A stretch of 59,747 nt of DNA, taken from the NCBI GenBank assembly GCA_002427615.1, contig DIFH01000149.1, positions 7,836 to 67,582 on the forward strand, given 5' to 3'. The stretch is from Paludibacter sp. UBA5753 (GTDB taxonomy: Bacteria > Bacteroidota > Bacteroidia > Bacteroidales > Paludibacteraceae). Shown here piece after piece: positions 46,053-55,234 of this stretch; the stretch's first letter is position 1; the number at the start of each line of letters is the position of its first letter. The position numbers were made by a program, and so were the translations under genes. The notes under the pieces were generated by a model. The model was given only the letters and a program-made list of their open reading frames with translations. It was not told the DNA's origin and made no database searches.

Positions 46053-48247
46053 TACAGTTTTTCATAAAAAATAGGGAATTACTTCTTCCGGATGATTTCA
46101 GTTTCACCTGGAACGAACAAAATCCGGAGATAACAACCAATGGTGAGTTCTCATTAGACATGACCGTTTCGTTACTTGAAGCGCAAAATGCAATTGCTTT
46201 TGAGTTTCTGAACCGGTTGAATAAATCAACGATCACAAAAACAGCAGATGCACGCCTGATCATTGATGGTGTTGTTCACATAGGAACTATCATAATTACA
46301 AAAAATACTGACATTGAAGTTACGTTTCAATTTATTGCAGGTTATTCGGAATTTAAGTACATCGCTAAAAATGAAAAGAAAATTTGGGAGATTGCCGGTG
46401 TAAATAATGAAGGGTGGGGAATTGAATCGGCAATTGATTTTAATAGGTCTGTATTATCAATAGCGCAAACAGGATATATTTGGAAAATAACTTCCGGAGC
46501 AAATTTAGTAAGGAATAGTAAGTTTTTAGCGCTTTCGTATTTACCCCCTTACGAAGAAGTTTATAGGCTCGTAGCTCTTGAAGCCGGGAAAACATATACA
46601 TTTTCAATTACGGGTATAGCTTCGCAATCAGGAGGTGGATATGAAAGCGAAGTGGGTGCGGTTATAAAAAACAGTGATTCAACTGTCACAATTTTAGTTA
46701 GTACCATGTATTCTTTTCCCAGTTCTGCTTTTGAAAATACTCATACAGTCACATTTATTTCACCTGTAACCGATTCAAATTGTAAAATAACAGTTTGGAG
46801 AAACAGTTCACCTGTTATATTGAAAACTTTAAAAGTCGAATTAGGAAGCGTGGGCAGCGATTGGTGTCCGCATGCCAGTGAAGTGTGTAATTTTGTTTGT
46901 GCACCAATAAAAGTAGGGGAAGAACTCGTAAACGATTTTGAATTCAATGTGGCTTCAAGTGGAGAATATACCGAAAATTGGTTTAAATTCGACCATGTGA
47001 CTGGAAAAACAATTATGCAGCCTTATTTATTGTACTACATAAATAAATTACCAGCATTGTTAGGATATTCTTTAAAATATAATGTTTTGAACGAAGATGT
47101 TCGAGCAAAAGTAATGTATCTGGTAAACGCAACTGATTCTCTAAATTATGCTGATGCATTGCCTGATATGACGGTGACTGAATTTATTGAAGCAATTGAA
47201 AATTTTTTCAACGTCACATTTTTAATAGACCCAAAGGACAGAAGCTTATCTATTCATAGTTTCCAGACCAATATGTCGCTGAAAAAAACGATAAAAATAC
47301 AGAATGCGCTTGATGACTATGAAAGAGGTTTTGAGCCCGACACAAAACCGGTAAAATTTGGGTTTACAAAAATAAGTTATGATCTTCCCGGCTCTGTTTA
47401 TTTTAAATATCAAAAATTGTCCGATGCTATTATCTCTAAATGTGAATTGTTACAATTTGCTTCTTTCGATCAGCTTTTCAATTATGTTACGTATAATCAG
47501 TTGATTGATAAGTATAAAATATATAGAGATTTGGATAAGAATGAAGACTATATTTCTTGCGTTGAGCCAACATTGAATTTATTTAATCAAAAGATTGATG
47601 ATAACAGGCATATTACATTAGTAAATAAGTTTGGAGATGTCGGCAATTCTACCGATATGGAATTAGTTTTGAAAATTGTCCCGGCGCAAATTGATTATGC
47701 AACAAAGGTATTATATTATGCTGATCATGAAAACATGACAGGACATTACCAACTGCCAAAGAGTAGCAATTATTATAGCATAATAAATGATTTAGGATTG
47801 AAAGATTCAATTGAAAATGGATTGAAAGAGATTGCCAGGATATCAAAACTTGAAGTTTCATTATTTATGGGATTAGTTGAATTTGTGGATGCGATGATAA
47901 TGACGCCCTATCCATTCTCTTATTCGGATATTAATCCTGAATTTGGTAAAGCTCCGACAATGACTTACACTGTATTTGAAGACTGGAGATTTCATAAGTA
48001 TAGGCCAAAGGCAATTACTACACTGAAAATAATAGGGGAAAATGGAATTCTTTCAGATTATCATCAAACATCTATTATTGACATGTCAAAACCTTATACT
48101 TTTATTTTTCCAGATGACCCGGATGTTTCATCCAATAACATATTTGAAATTAATAATTTAAAATATATGCCAATATCACTTGAGCGCAAAAAGTCAAATA
48201 AAAAGAACTTAGTGCAAGGCAAGTTTTACCGAATGTTTAATCAGTAA
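46049..48247 (+). CDS. Tail tip/baseplate protein with inserted carbohydrate-binding-like module
   Basis: Follows TMP; NLVRNS...LEAGKTYTFS...KVELGSVGSDWCP insert; ALPDMTVTEFIEAIENFFN. Confidence 0.65.
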   Translation: MIQFFIKNRELLLPDDFSFTWNEQNPEITTNGEFSLDMTVSLLEAQNAIAFEFLNRLNKSTITKTADARLIIDGVVHIGTIIITKNTDIEVTFQFIAGYSEFKYIAKNEKKIWEIAGVNNEGWGIESAIDFNRSVLSIAQTGYIWKITSGANLVRNSKFLALSYLPPYEEVYRLVALEAGKTYTFSITGIASQSGGGYESEVGAVIKNSDSTVTILVSTMYSFPSSAFENTHTVTFISPVTDSNCKITVWRNSSPVILKTLKVELGSVGSDWCPHASEVCNFVCAPIKVGEELVNDFEFNVASSGEYTENWFKFDHVTGKTIMQPYLLYYINKLPALLGYSLKYNVLNEDVRAKVMYLVNATDSLNYADALPDMTVTEFIEAIENFFNVTFLIDPKDRSLSIHSFQTNMSLKKTIKIQNALDDYERGFEPDTKPVKFGFTKISYDLPGSVYFKYQKLSDAIISKCELLQFASFDQLFNYVTYNQLIDKYKIYRDLDKNEDYISCVEPTLNLFNQKIDDNRHITLVNKFGDVGNSTDMELVLKIVPAQIDYATKVLYYADHENMTGHYQLPKSSNYYSIINDLGLKDSIENGLKEIARISKLEVSLFMGLVEFVDAMIMTPYPFSYSDINPEFGKAPTMTYTVFEDWRFHKYRPKAITTLKIIGENGILSDYHQTSIIDMSKPYTFIFPDDPDVSSNNIFEINNLKYMPISLERKKSNKKNLVQGKFYRMFNQ

Positions 48248-49385
48248 TTTTGCTCACTACATTATCAATTAGTTCCTGAGATGGTTGGCCAATATATTTG
48301 CCAACCATTTTTTCGCTTGTATGATCCGTTAGCTTTTGAATTACTTTTCGTTGAATACCGGCATCTTCCAAAAATGTTATTCCTGTGTCACGGTAGCTAT
48401 ATAATTGCATTTCGTCAGGGAGGCGTAAGTCTTTGCGTATCTTATTCCAAAACTTGTCAATATCCCTTGTATTTATGTTCGTTTTTGCAGGATTTAGTTC
48501 TTTCCCAATAAAATAGTTATCTAACGGAAACCGATCGAGTTGAAAGGTATCGACTATTTTTGCACACAACCAGTCCGGAAGATAGGCATATCGATCACGG
48601 TGTGTTTTTGATTTTGAAGCCGGAATAAAAATCACTTTTTTGAAAAGATCAATTTCTTTTATCTGAATCAATGAAATTTCTTTGGGTCGAATAAACGAAG
48701 CTCGTACCAAGTCAATCACAATTTCCATGTTTGGCATGAACCATTTGCAATACATGGCAATGCGATGATGTGACAACTCGGGGATGACAATTCGAAACTT
48801 TTCGTCCTCTCTTTTTTTAGTAAAGTTTTCAAATACATTCACTTTGCAGTATTTATTTGCTATCATCCAGTTCCACAATGAACGGTAAAAAACAAAGTGA
48901 TTGTTCCATGTCCTATTATTCAAGCAATCGTTGAGTGCAAGCTCGTTCATCATTTCGAGCGCAGTATCGTCTGTATATGTTATCACATAACAATCTTTCA
49001 ATTTATTGTTTTCCAGCCATGTATTTAGTTTTTTGCAATAGGAAGCATAAGATCGCAATCCGTCGGGACGCATATCGCGTTTCTTCAGTTTCAAAAACTG
49101 ATCAATGGCATCGCTTAGTTTGTGGAATGCCTTCGGAGTTTCTGACTCAACAAATGGATTGCGCCCAGCTGCAAGATTCACATTGATATCATTCGCTATT
49201 TTTCGGATATGACGAGTCAAATCCGTCTTATTCATTCTCCCCTTCAGGTGATTGAAACGAATGACTATGCGTTTGAGCTTATTTTCTGTTGGATGCCAGG
49301 CGTAATATTTAATGCACAAATCTTTTCCGTCGCAAATTCGTGCGGGGATGTATTGAATGTTGAAATCGTTATTGATTGTTGTCAT
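48237..49385 (-). CDS. int: Prophage tyrosine integrase
   Basis: FIRPKEI, KSKT, YSYRDTG, LTDHTS..MVGKY (R-K-x-R-H-Y); adjacent to att/tRNA. Confidence 0.92.
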   Translation of the reverse strand: MTTINNDFNIQYIPARICDGKDLCIKYYAWHPTENKLKRIVIRFNHLKGRMNKTDLTRHIRKIANDINVNLAAGRNPFVESETPKAFHKLSDAIDQFLKLKKRDMRPDGLRSYASYCKKLNTWLENNKLKDCYVITYTDDTALEMMNELALNDCLNNRTWNNHFVFYRSLWNWMIANKYCKVNVFENFTKKREDEKFRIVIPELSHHRIAMYCKWFMPNMEIVIDLVRASFIRPKEISLIQIKEIDLFKKVIFIPASKSKTHRDRYAYLPDWLCAKIVDTFQLDRFPLDNYFIGKELNPAKTNINTRDIDKFWNKIRKDLRLPDEMQLYSYRDTGITFLEDAGIQRKVIQKLTDHTSEKMVGKYIGQPSQELIDNVVSKITD

Positions 49386-49453
49386 ACTAATAAATTAAAT
49401 ATTATTAAGATTTTGTTTGACAACGTTTAATCGTTTTCGGTAGGGTTTTACCC

Positions 49454-49479
49454 AAGTACTGCCGCATTGCTGCCGCAGT
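49454..49479 (+). promoter_or_regulatory. Putative integrase arm-type binding sites
   Basis: AAGTACTGCCGCATTGCTGCCGCAGT, counterpart of 10464-10489. Confidence 0.7.
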
Positions 49480-49531
49480 ATAAAAACAAGAAACGTTGTA
49501 TATTGCTAATATACAACGTTTTAAATACTTT

Positions 49532-49549
49532 TTTGCGGAGAGAGAGGGA
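49532..49549 (+). repeat. att core, right copy
   Basis: Identical to 10369-10386; overlaps the tRNA 3' end. Confidence 0.95.
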
Positions 49550-49620
49550 TTCAAACCCCCGGTACCTTGCAGTACGGCGGTTTTCAAGACCGCTGCAATC
49601 GATCACTCTGCCATCTCTCC
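49536..49620 (-). tRNA. tRNA-Ser(TGA)
   Basis: GGAGAGA/TCTCTCC acceptor stem, GCGGT-CTTGAAA-ACCGC anticodon arm, long variable arm, discriminator G. Confidence 0.95.
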
Positions 49621-49765
49621 AGGGATCGTCTTTTCTTCAAAGGCGGTACAAAGATAGTGCTTTTTCCAAAACTACCAAACAGGGAAAGGGCATTTATTCA
49701 TTCGCTATTTGCTGTTAAAGAAATCCGTCGTAGTAGGAATTGTAAATCAATAAATTGTAACTGAA

Positions 49766-50713
49766 TTAAACAGTTTTCAGATATTCCACCACATTCTTTT
49801 CGATACGTGATATAATATCGGCTATATCGGCTTTATCGAAAGTTTCGCCGGTGATGTTTTCAAACAATTCGATATAACGTTCGCTGATTCCGGCCACAAT
49901 TTCGTCGGTCATTTCTGGAACTACCTGGCCTGTTTTACCCTGAAAACCATTGTCCATCAACCATTCGCGTACAAATTCCTTTGATAGCTGTTTTTGAGCT
50001 TCTCCTTTTGCAAAGCGATCTTCATATCCTTCCGAGTAAAAGTAGCGGGAAGAATCAGGTGTATGGATTTCGTCAATCAGGTAAATTTTACCGTCGCGTT
50101 TACCAAATTCGTATTTGGTGTCCACCAGGATTAAACCACGTTGGGCTGCAATTTCCGTCCCGCGAAGAAAAAGTTCCATGGTGTATTTTTCCAACAAGGC
50201 ATAATCATCTGCCGAAACTAATCCTTGTTTCAGTATTTCTTCTTTGGAAATATCTTCATCATGCCTTCCCAGTTCGGCTTTAGTTGTTGGTGTAATGATA
50301 GGCTCAGGAAAGCGTTGATTTTCGCGCATGCCGTCGGGGATTTTTACGCCGCAAATTTCGCGTACTCCGCTTTTGTAAGCTCTCCAGGCGCTTCCACACA
50401 GATAACCGCGAACAATCATTTCTACGGGGTATCCTTCGCAGCGCAAGCCAACAGTAACCATCGGATCCGGACTCGCCAGCTTCCAGTTAGGAACGATATC
50501 GGCGGTTGCATCCAGAAACTTAGCTGCAATCTGATTCAGCATTTGTCCTTTATAAGGGATTCCTTTAGGTAAAACCACGTCGAAGGCCGAAATACGGTCG
50601 GTGGCAATCATTACAAGCAAGTCGTTTTTTACTGTGTACACATCACGTACTTTGCCGTGATATACGTTTGTTTGTCCATCGAAATGGAAATCGGTATTTG
50701 TTAAAGCATTCAT
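49766..50713 (-). CDS. purC: SAICAR synthase
   Basis: [45 protein letters not shown]; start at MNALT (the track extension runs into the repeat). Confidence 0.95.
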   Translation of the reverse strand: MNALTNTDFHFDGQTNVYHGKVRDVYTVKNDLLVMIATDRISAFDVVLPKGIPYKGQMLNQIAAKFLDATADIVPNWKLASPDPMVTVGLRCEGYPVEMIVRGYLCGSAWRAYKSGVREICGVKIPDGMRENQRFPEPIITPTTKAELGRHDEDISKEEILKQGLVSADDYALLEKYTMELFLRGTEIAAQRGLILVDTKYEFGKRDGKIYLIDEIHTPDSSRYFYSEGYEDRFAKGEAQKQLSKEFVREWLMDNGFQGKTGQVVPEMTDEIVAGISERYIELFENITGETFDKADIADIISRIEKNVVEYLKTV

Positions 50714-50736
50714 ATTGTTGACTATATTTGATTTAT

Positions 50737-52377
50737 TTATCTTGTCCTGCCTTTCAGGCAGCGGTTGTCTCTTTTTCGTTCTTACCCGCAAGTCGTTGAC
50801 ATTGCGGTTATGAATGTTTTGACTTTTCAAGTCAAATTTTTAATATCAGCTTTCTGTGTTCTGAAATTAATTTGTTTCAATAACCAATAATCTTTCGGTT
50901 AACAAAGTTATGTCTTCGCTGTTCAGTTCTGCAAGGACTTATTTTCATAACCTAATGTGATATATAAGTCTGGTATAGCTCATTGTATTATCTTGTCCTG
51001 CCTTTCAGGCAGCGGTTGTTTCTTTTTGTTCTTACCCGCAAGTCGTTGACATTGCGGTTATGAATGTTTTGACTTTTCAAGTCAAGTTGATCTGGGTATC
51101 CACTTAACTACAATAATTTTGTCCTGAAAGGACTTATTTTCATAACCTTAGGGCATTGACCTAATAATTTAGCAGCGGATATCAAAACTGCCTAAAGGCA
51201 ATATTATATCAATCTTTCAGAAAATATCGTTCATCAATTTCAATTCCATTATCAATCAAAAACTGACGATATTCATCTTCAAAACTGACCGTTTTGTGAT
51301 GTTCTTTCTGATTCATAACATAATCGATGATCTTTTGTTTGTCGCTTAAATTATAAGTAAAAGCAGCAAAGCTAATCGCCCAGCCTTCAAAGTCAGGGAA
51401 ATTGGAATTTTTGGATAACCATTTGCTTGAATACTCTTTCAGTTCTTTCATGAAATCGGACACAGCAAGTGTTGGGTGTATATCTACAACTAAATGAATA
51501 TGGTTAGGCATACCACCAATACGATATAACTTTGACTTTTTATTGTTGATAATCCCCATAATATAAGCATACAACTCTTTTTCATAATGTTCAGGAATGG
51601 TGTGTTTACCATATTTTGTCCTGAAAACAATGTGATATATAAGTCTGGTATAGCTCATTGTATTATCTTGTCCTGCCTTTCAGGCAGCGGTTGTTTCTTT
51701 TTGTTCTTACCCGCAAGTCGGTGACATTGCGGTTATGAATGTTTTGACTTTTCAAGTCAAGTTTTTAATATCAGCTTTCTGCGTTCTGAAATAATTTGTT
51801 TCAATAACCAATAATCTTTCGGTTAACAAAGTTATGTCTTCGCTGTTCAGTACTGAAAGGACTTATTTTCATAACCTAATGTGATATATAAGTCTGGTAT
51901 AGCTCATTGTATTATCTTGTCCTGCCTTTCAGGCAGCGGTTGTTTCTTTTTTGTTCTTACCCGCAAGTCGTTGACATTGCGGTTATGAATGTTTTGGCTT
52001 TTCAAGTCAAGTTTTTAATATCAGCTTTCTGTGTTCTGAAATAATTTGTTTCAATAACCAATAATCTTTCGGTTAACAAAGTTATGTCTTCGCTGTTCAG
52101 TTCTGCAAGGACTTATTTTCATAACCTAATGTGATATATAAGTCTGGTATAGCTCATTGTATTATCTTGTCCTGCCTTTCAGGCAGCGGTTGTTTCTTTT
52201 TCGTTCTTACCCGCAAGTCGTTGACATTGCGGTTATGAATGTTTTGACTTTTCAAGTCAAGTTGATCTGAGCATCTACTTAACTACAATAATTTTGTCCT
52301 GAAAGGACTTATTTTCATAACCTTAGGGCATTGACCTAAGGAGTTAGCCGCCAAAGTGAAAACTGCCTGAAAGGCAG
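50737..52377. repeat. REP/BIME-like array around tnpA: five 98-99 bp units A, three units B, two units C, three copies of the tnpA 5' end
   Basis: A at 50737, 50988, 51663, 51912, 52162; period ~250 bp; multiple hairpins with TTC/GAA loops. Confidence 0.9.
51209..51658 (-). CDS. tnpA: IS200/IS605-family Y1 HUH transposase (TnpA / RAYT-like)
   Basis: YHIVFRTK, GGMPNHIHLVV (HUH), KEYSSKW, YVMNQKEHH (catalytic Tyr, YxxxQ). Confidence 0.92.
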   Translation of the reverse strand: MSYTRLIYHIVFRTKYGKHTIPEHYEKELYAYIMGIINNKKSKLYRIGGMPNHIHLVVDIHPTLAVSDFMKELKEYSSKWLSKNSNFPDFEGWAISFAAFTYNLSDKQKIIDYVMNQKEHHKTVSFEDEYRQFLIDNGIEIDERYFLKD

Positions 52378-52381
52378 AATT

Positions 52382-53353
52382 TTATTTCTTTTCCTCTTTA
52401 GGGGTTAGGGGTTGTTTCTTCTCCCTCTTTTCATACGCCTCCACAATTCGTTGAACGAGTTTGTGGCGAACAATATCTTTTACATCGAATTCAACAAGCG
52501 CAATGCCTTTAATGTTTTTGAGAACTTCCAGTGCATCAATTAATCCTGATTTTTGTTGATAGGGCAAGTCAATTTGAGTTGTGTCGCCGGTTACAATCAT
52601 TTTGGCGTTCAGCCCCATACGCGTCAGGAACATTTTGATTTGCATGGTAGTCGAGTTCTGGGCTTCATCGAGAATAACCACAGCATCGTTTAAAGTCCGT
52701 CCACGCATAAAGGCTAATGGCGCAATTTGAATAGTGCCATTCTCAAGGTATTCTTTCAGTTTGAGCGGCGTAATCATATCCTGCAATGCATCATAAAGCG
52801 GTTGCAGGTACGGATCGATTTTTTCTTTCATATCGCCGGGAAGAAAACCGAGTTTTTCACCTGCTTCAACAGCCGGACGGCTGAGGATAATCTTTTTAAT
52901 TTCTTTATTTTTCAGTGAACGAACGGCCAACGCGATAGCCGTATAGGTTTTTCCCGAACCGGCCGGACCGATGGCAAAAAGCAAGTCGTTAGTTTCAAAA
53001 TCCTTTACCAACTTTTGCTGGTTGGCGGTGCGCGCCATAATGGATTTTCCATTTACACCGTGCAGAATCAGGTTTTCAAATTTTATCTCAACAGGTTCAT
53101 GACCTTTTATGATTTCAATAATATTTTCTTCGGTAAGTATATTATTATCAATGCAATATCGTTCTAACTTCTCAATGATAGAATAAAGGTTGTTAATGTC
53201 ACTTTCGTTTCCGGCTAACTTAATAATATTTCCTCTAGCGGAAAATCGTACATTGGGATTTAAGTTCTTTATTAAATGAACATTGTTATTGTTTATTCCA
53301 TAAAAAACAGTTGTGTCGGTAAGCTCAGAAAGTTCGAAGATTTTTTCAATCAT
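52382..53353 (-). CDS. phoH: PhoH family ATPase
   Basis: GPAGSGKT, RPAVEAGEKLGFLPGD, APLAFMRGRTL, ILDEAQN; start at MIEKIF. Confidence 0.93.
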   Translation of the reverse strand: MIEKIFELSELTDTTVFYGINNNNVHLIKNLNPNVRFSARGNIIKLAGNESDINNLYSIIEKLERYCIDNNILTEENIIEIIKGHEPVEIKFENLILHGVNGKSIMARTANQQKLVKDFETNDLLFAIGPAGSGKTYTAIALAVRSLKNKEIKKIILSRPAVEAGEKLGFLPGDMKEKIDPYLQPLYDALQDMITPLKLKEYLENGTIQIAPLAFMRGRTLNDAVVILDEAQNSTTMQIKMFLTRMGLNAKMIVTGDTTQIDLPYQQKSGLIDALEVLKNIKGIALVEFDVKDIVRHKLVQRIVEAYEKREKKQPLTPKEEKK

Positions 53354-53370
53354 ACATGTTTGTTTTATAG

Positions 53371-53405
53371 TAAGCGGCAAGCAGTAAGCGGCAAGCGGCA
53401 AGCGG
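53371..53405 (+). repeat. Five heptamers YAAGCRG
   Basis: TAAGCGG CAAGCAG TAAGCGG CAAGCGG CAAGCGG. Confidence 0.9.
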
Positions 53406-53406
53406 T

Positions 53407-53772
53407 TTATGGTTTCATTTTAGCTTTTGTAGTAGTGAATATCCTTACTAATTCATTAATTTCGTTTGTAATCTGTGTTGTTGTATCCGATATTATTAAC
53501 CCTGATTCTATCATTAGTTCTAACCAGAATTGAGTTTCGTCAGCTTCCTCGACGACTATACATAATTTTGAGTATTTTTCTGCTTCAGACCGACCTCTGG
53601 TAAAAGCTCTGAAATTAGCTGCTACTGAAGTACCGGAACGAAGCATTTGCTTTCCTAAAATTCGTAATTCATCTCCGTTTTTGCAATATTTTGAATAGAA
53701 CTTAATAATTTCTACAGCAAATTTTTTAGTCCTTTCTCTGTATTTTATATTGAAATCAGATGGATTAGCCAT
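53407..53772 (-). CDS. Four-helix-bundle protein (23S rRNA IVS protein / bAvd-like)
   Basis: RTKKFAVEII, KQMLRSGTSVAANFRA, KLCIVVEEADETQFWLEL. Confidence 0.9.
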   Translation of the reverse strand: MANPSDFNIKYRERTKKFAVEIIKFYSKYCKNGDELRILGKQMLRSGTSVAANFRAFTRGRSEAEKYSKLCIVVEEADETQFWLELMIESGLIISDTTTQITNEINELVRIFTTTKAKMKP

Positions 53773-53805
53773 AAAATTCTGTTATAATGAGAATTAATAA
53801 TTCAA

Positions 53806-53861
53806 CCGCTTACTGCTTACCGCTTACTGCTTACTGCTTACCGCTTACCGCTTACCGCTGA
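53806..53861 (+). repeat. Eight heptamers CYGCTTA, inverted relative to 53371-53405
   Basis: CCGCTTA CTGCTTA CCGCTTA CTGCTTA CTGCTTA CCGCTTA CCGCTTA CCGCTGA. Confidence 0.92.
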
Positions 53862-55142
53862 TCAATAGGCAAATAACGGATACTTCTCCATTGTTTTATT
53901 TACGCGCTCACGAACAGAAGCAATTACAGCTTCGTTTTCGACGTTTGAAAGTACTGTTTCAATCATTTCAGCAATTTCAGTCATTAAATCTTCTTTTGCT
54001 CCGCGGGTGGTGATGGCAGGTGTTCCCAAACGGATACCCGAAGTCTGGAAAGCAGAACGGCTATCGAAGGGAACCATGTTCTTGTTCACCGTAATATCGG
54101 CTTGTACCAATGCTTTTTCAGCCACCTTACCCGTTAGTTCCGGGAATTTAGAACGTAAATCCACCAGCATGGAATGATTGTCGGTTCCACCCGAAACAAT
54201 TGTAAATCCACGCGCAATCAATGCATTTGCCAGGGCAGCGGCATTTTTCTTCACCTGAGTCTGATAGACTTTGTATTCGGGTTGTAAGCATTCGCCAAAA
54301 GCAACTGCTTTAGCGGCAATCACGTGTTCCAGCGGACCGCCCTGAATGCCCGGGAATACGGCTGAATCAAGTAGGGTGGACATCATTTTTATTTCGCCTT
54401 TCGGAGTGGTTTTACCCCAGGGATTTGGAAAATCTTTTCCTAACAGGATAATACCACCACGAGGGCCACGAAGGGTTTTGTGAGTTGTGGAAGTTACAAT
54501 ATGCGCCCATTTTAAAGGGTTTTCCAATAAGCCGGCTGCAATCAAACCTGCAGGGTGAGCCATGTCGATCATTAATAATGCGCCTACTTTGTCGGCAATT
54601 TCACGCATGCGTTTGTAGTCCCATTCACGGGAATAAGCAGAGCCACCGCCGACAATCAGTTTGGGTTTTTCGCGCAGGGCAATTTCTTCCATCTGATCGT
54701 AATCAACGCGACCCGTATCTTCTTTTACATTATATTCACATGGTTTGTAAAGGATGCCCGAGCTGTTTACTAACGAACCGTGCGACAAGTGGCCTCCGTG
54801 AGCCAGGTTCAATCCGAGTAATTTATCGCCAGGATTTAAACAGGCTAAAAATACGGCTGCATTGGCTTGTGCGCCGGAGTGAGGTTGCACGTTGGCCCAT
54901 TCGGCTCCGAAAATCTCTTTCAACCGGTTGATGGCAATTTGTTCGCTTTCGTCCACCACTTCACATCCGCCGTAATAGCGTTTGCCAGGGTAACCTTCGG
55001 CATATTTGTTGGTTAACACCGAACCCATTGCTTCCATTACCTGGTCGCTTACAAAGTTTTCCGAAGCAATTAACTCAATACCTTTCATTTGCCGCTGTTT
55101 TTCGCGTGCAATAATGTCGAAAATAATTTGGTCTCTTTTCAT
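53862..55142 (-). CDS. glyA: Serine hydroxymethyltransferase
   Basis: [37 protein letters not shown]. Confidence 0.98.
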   Translation of the reverse strand: MKRDQIIFDIIAREKQRQMKGIELIASENFVSDQVMEAMGSVLTNKYAEGYPGKRYYGGCEVVDESEQIAINRLKEIFGAEWANVQPHSGAQANAAVFLACLNPGDKLLGLNLAHGGHLSHGSLVNSSGILYKPCEYNVKEDTGRVDYDQMEEIALREKPKLIVGGGSAYSREWDYKRMREIADKVGALLMIDMAHPAGLIAAGLLENPLKWAHIVTSTTHKTLRGPRGGIILLGKDFPNPWGKTTPKGEIKMMSTLLDSAVFPGIQGGPLEHVIAAKAVAFGECLQPEYKVYQTQVKKNAAALANALIARGFTIVSGGTDNHSMLVDLRSKFPELTGKVAEKALVQADITVNKNMVPFDSRSAFQTSGIRLGTPAITTRGAKEDLMTEIAEMIETVLSNVENEAVIASVRERVNKTMEKYPLFAY

Positions 55143-55234
55143 TTTTAAAATTAGTCTCCCTAAATTCCTCCGAAGGAGTGACTTTTAGTTTATTTATATT
55201 ATTTAGTTTATTCTCGTTAGCTTGAAGCCTCCTC

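Larger units (their letters stand above)
10369..49549. mobile_element. Temperate prophage (~39.2 kb, tape-measure-encoding, probably siphovirus-like) integrated at tRNA-Ser
   Basis: 18-bp direct repeat at both ends matching the tRNA 3' end; integrase, CI/Cro, replication, protease, capsid, terminase, portal, lysis and tape-measure genes. Confidence 0.95.

Noticed and set aside
49405-49764. Short ORFs over the att/tRNA region
   Set aside because: They overlap the tRNA-Ser and att site; spurious.
50714-50830. N-terminal extensions of purC (also phoH 53354-53401, pyrI 57237-57257, fibre 36939-37088, portal 33060-33167)
   Set aside because: The extensions run through repeats or upstream genes; downstream ATGs with A-rich leaders match the expected family starts.
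51209-51658. IS605/OMEGA system with TnpB or IscB
   Set aside because: No RuvC-containing ORF is adjacent; only a stand-alone Y1 TnpA.
50737-52377. CRISPR array
   Set aside because: Repeats are ~100 bp and the intervening segments are themselves repeated rather than unique spacers; no cas genes are present.
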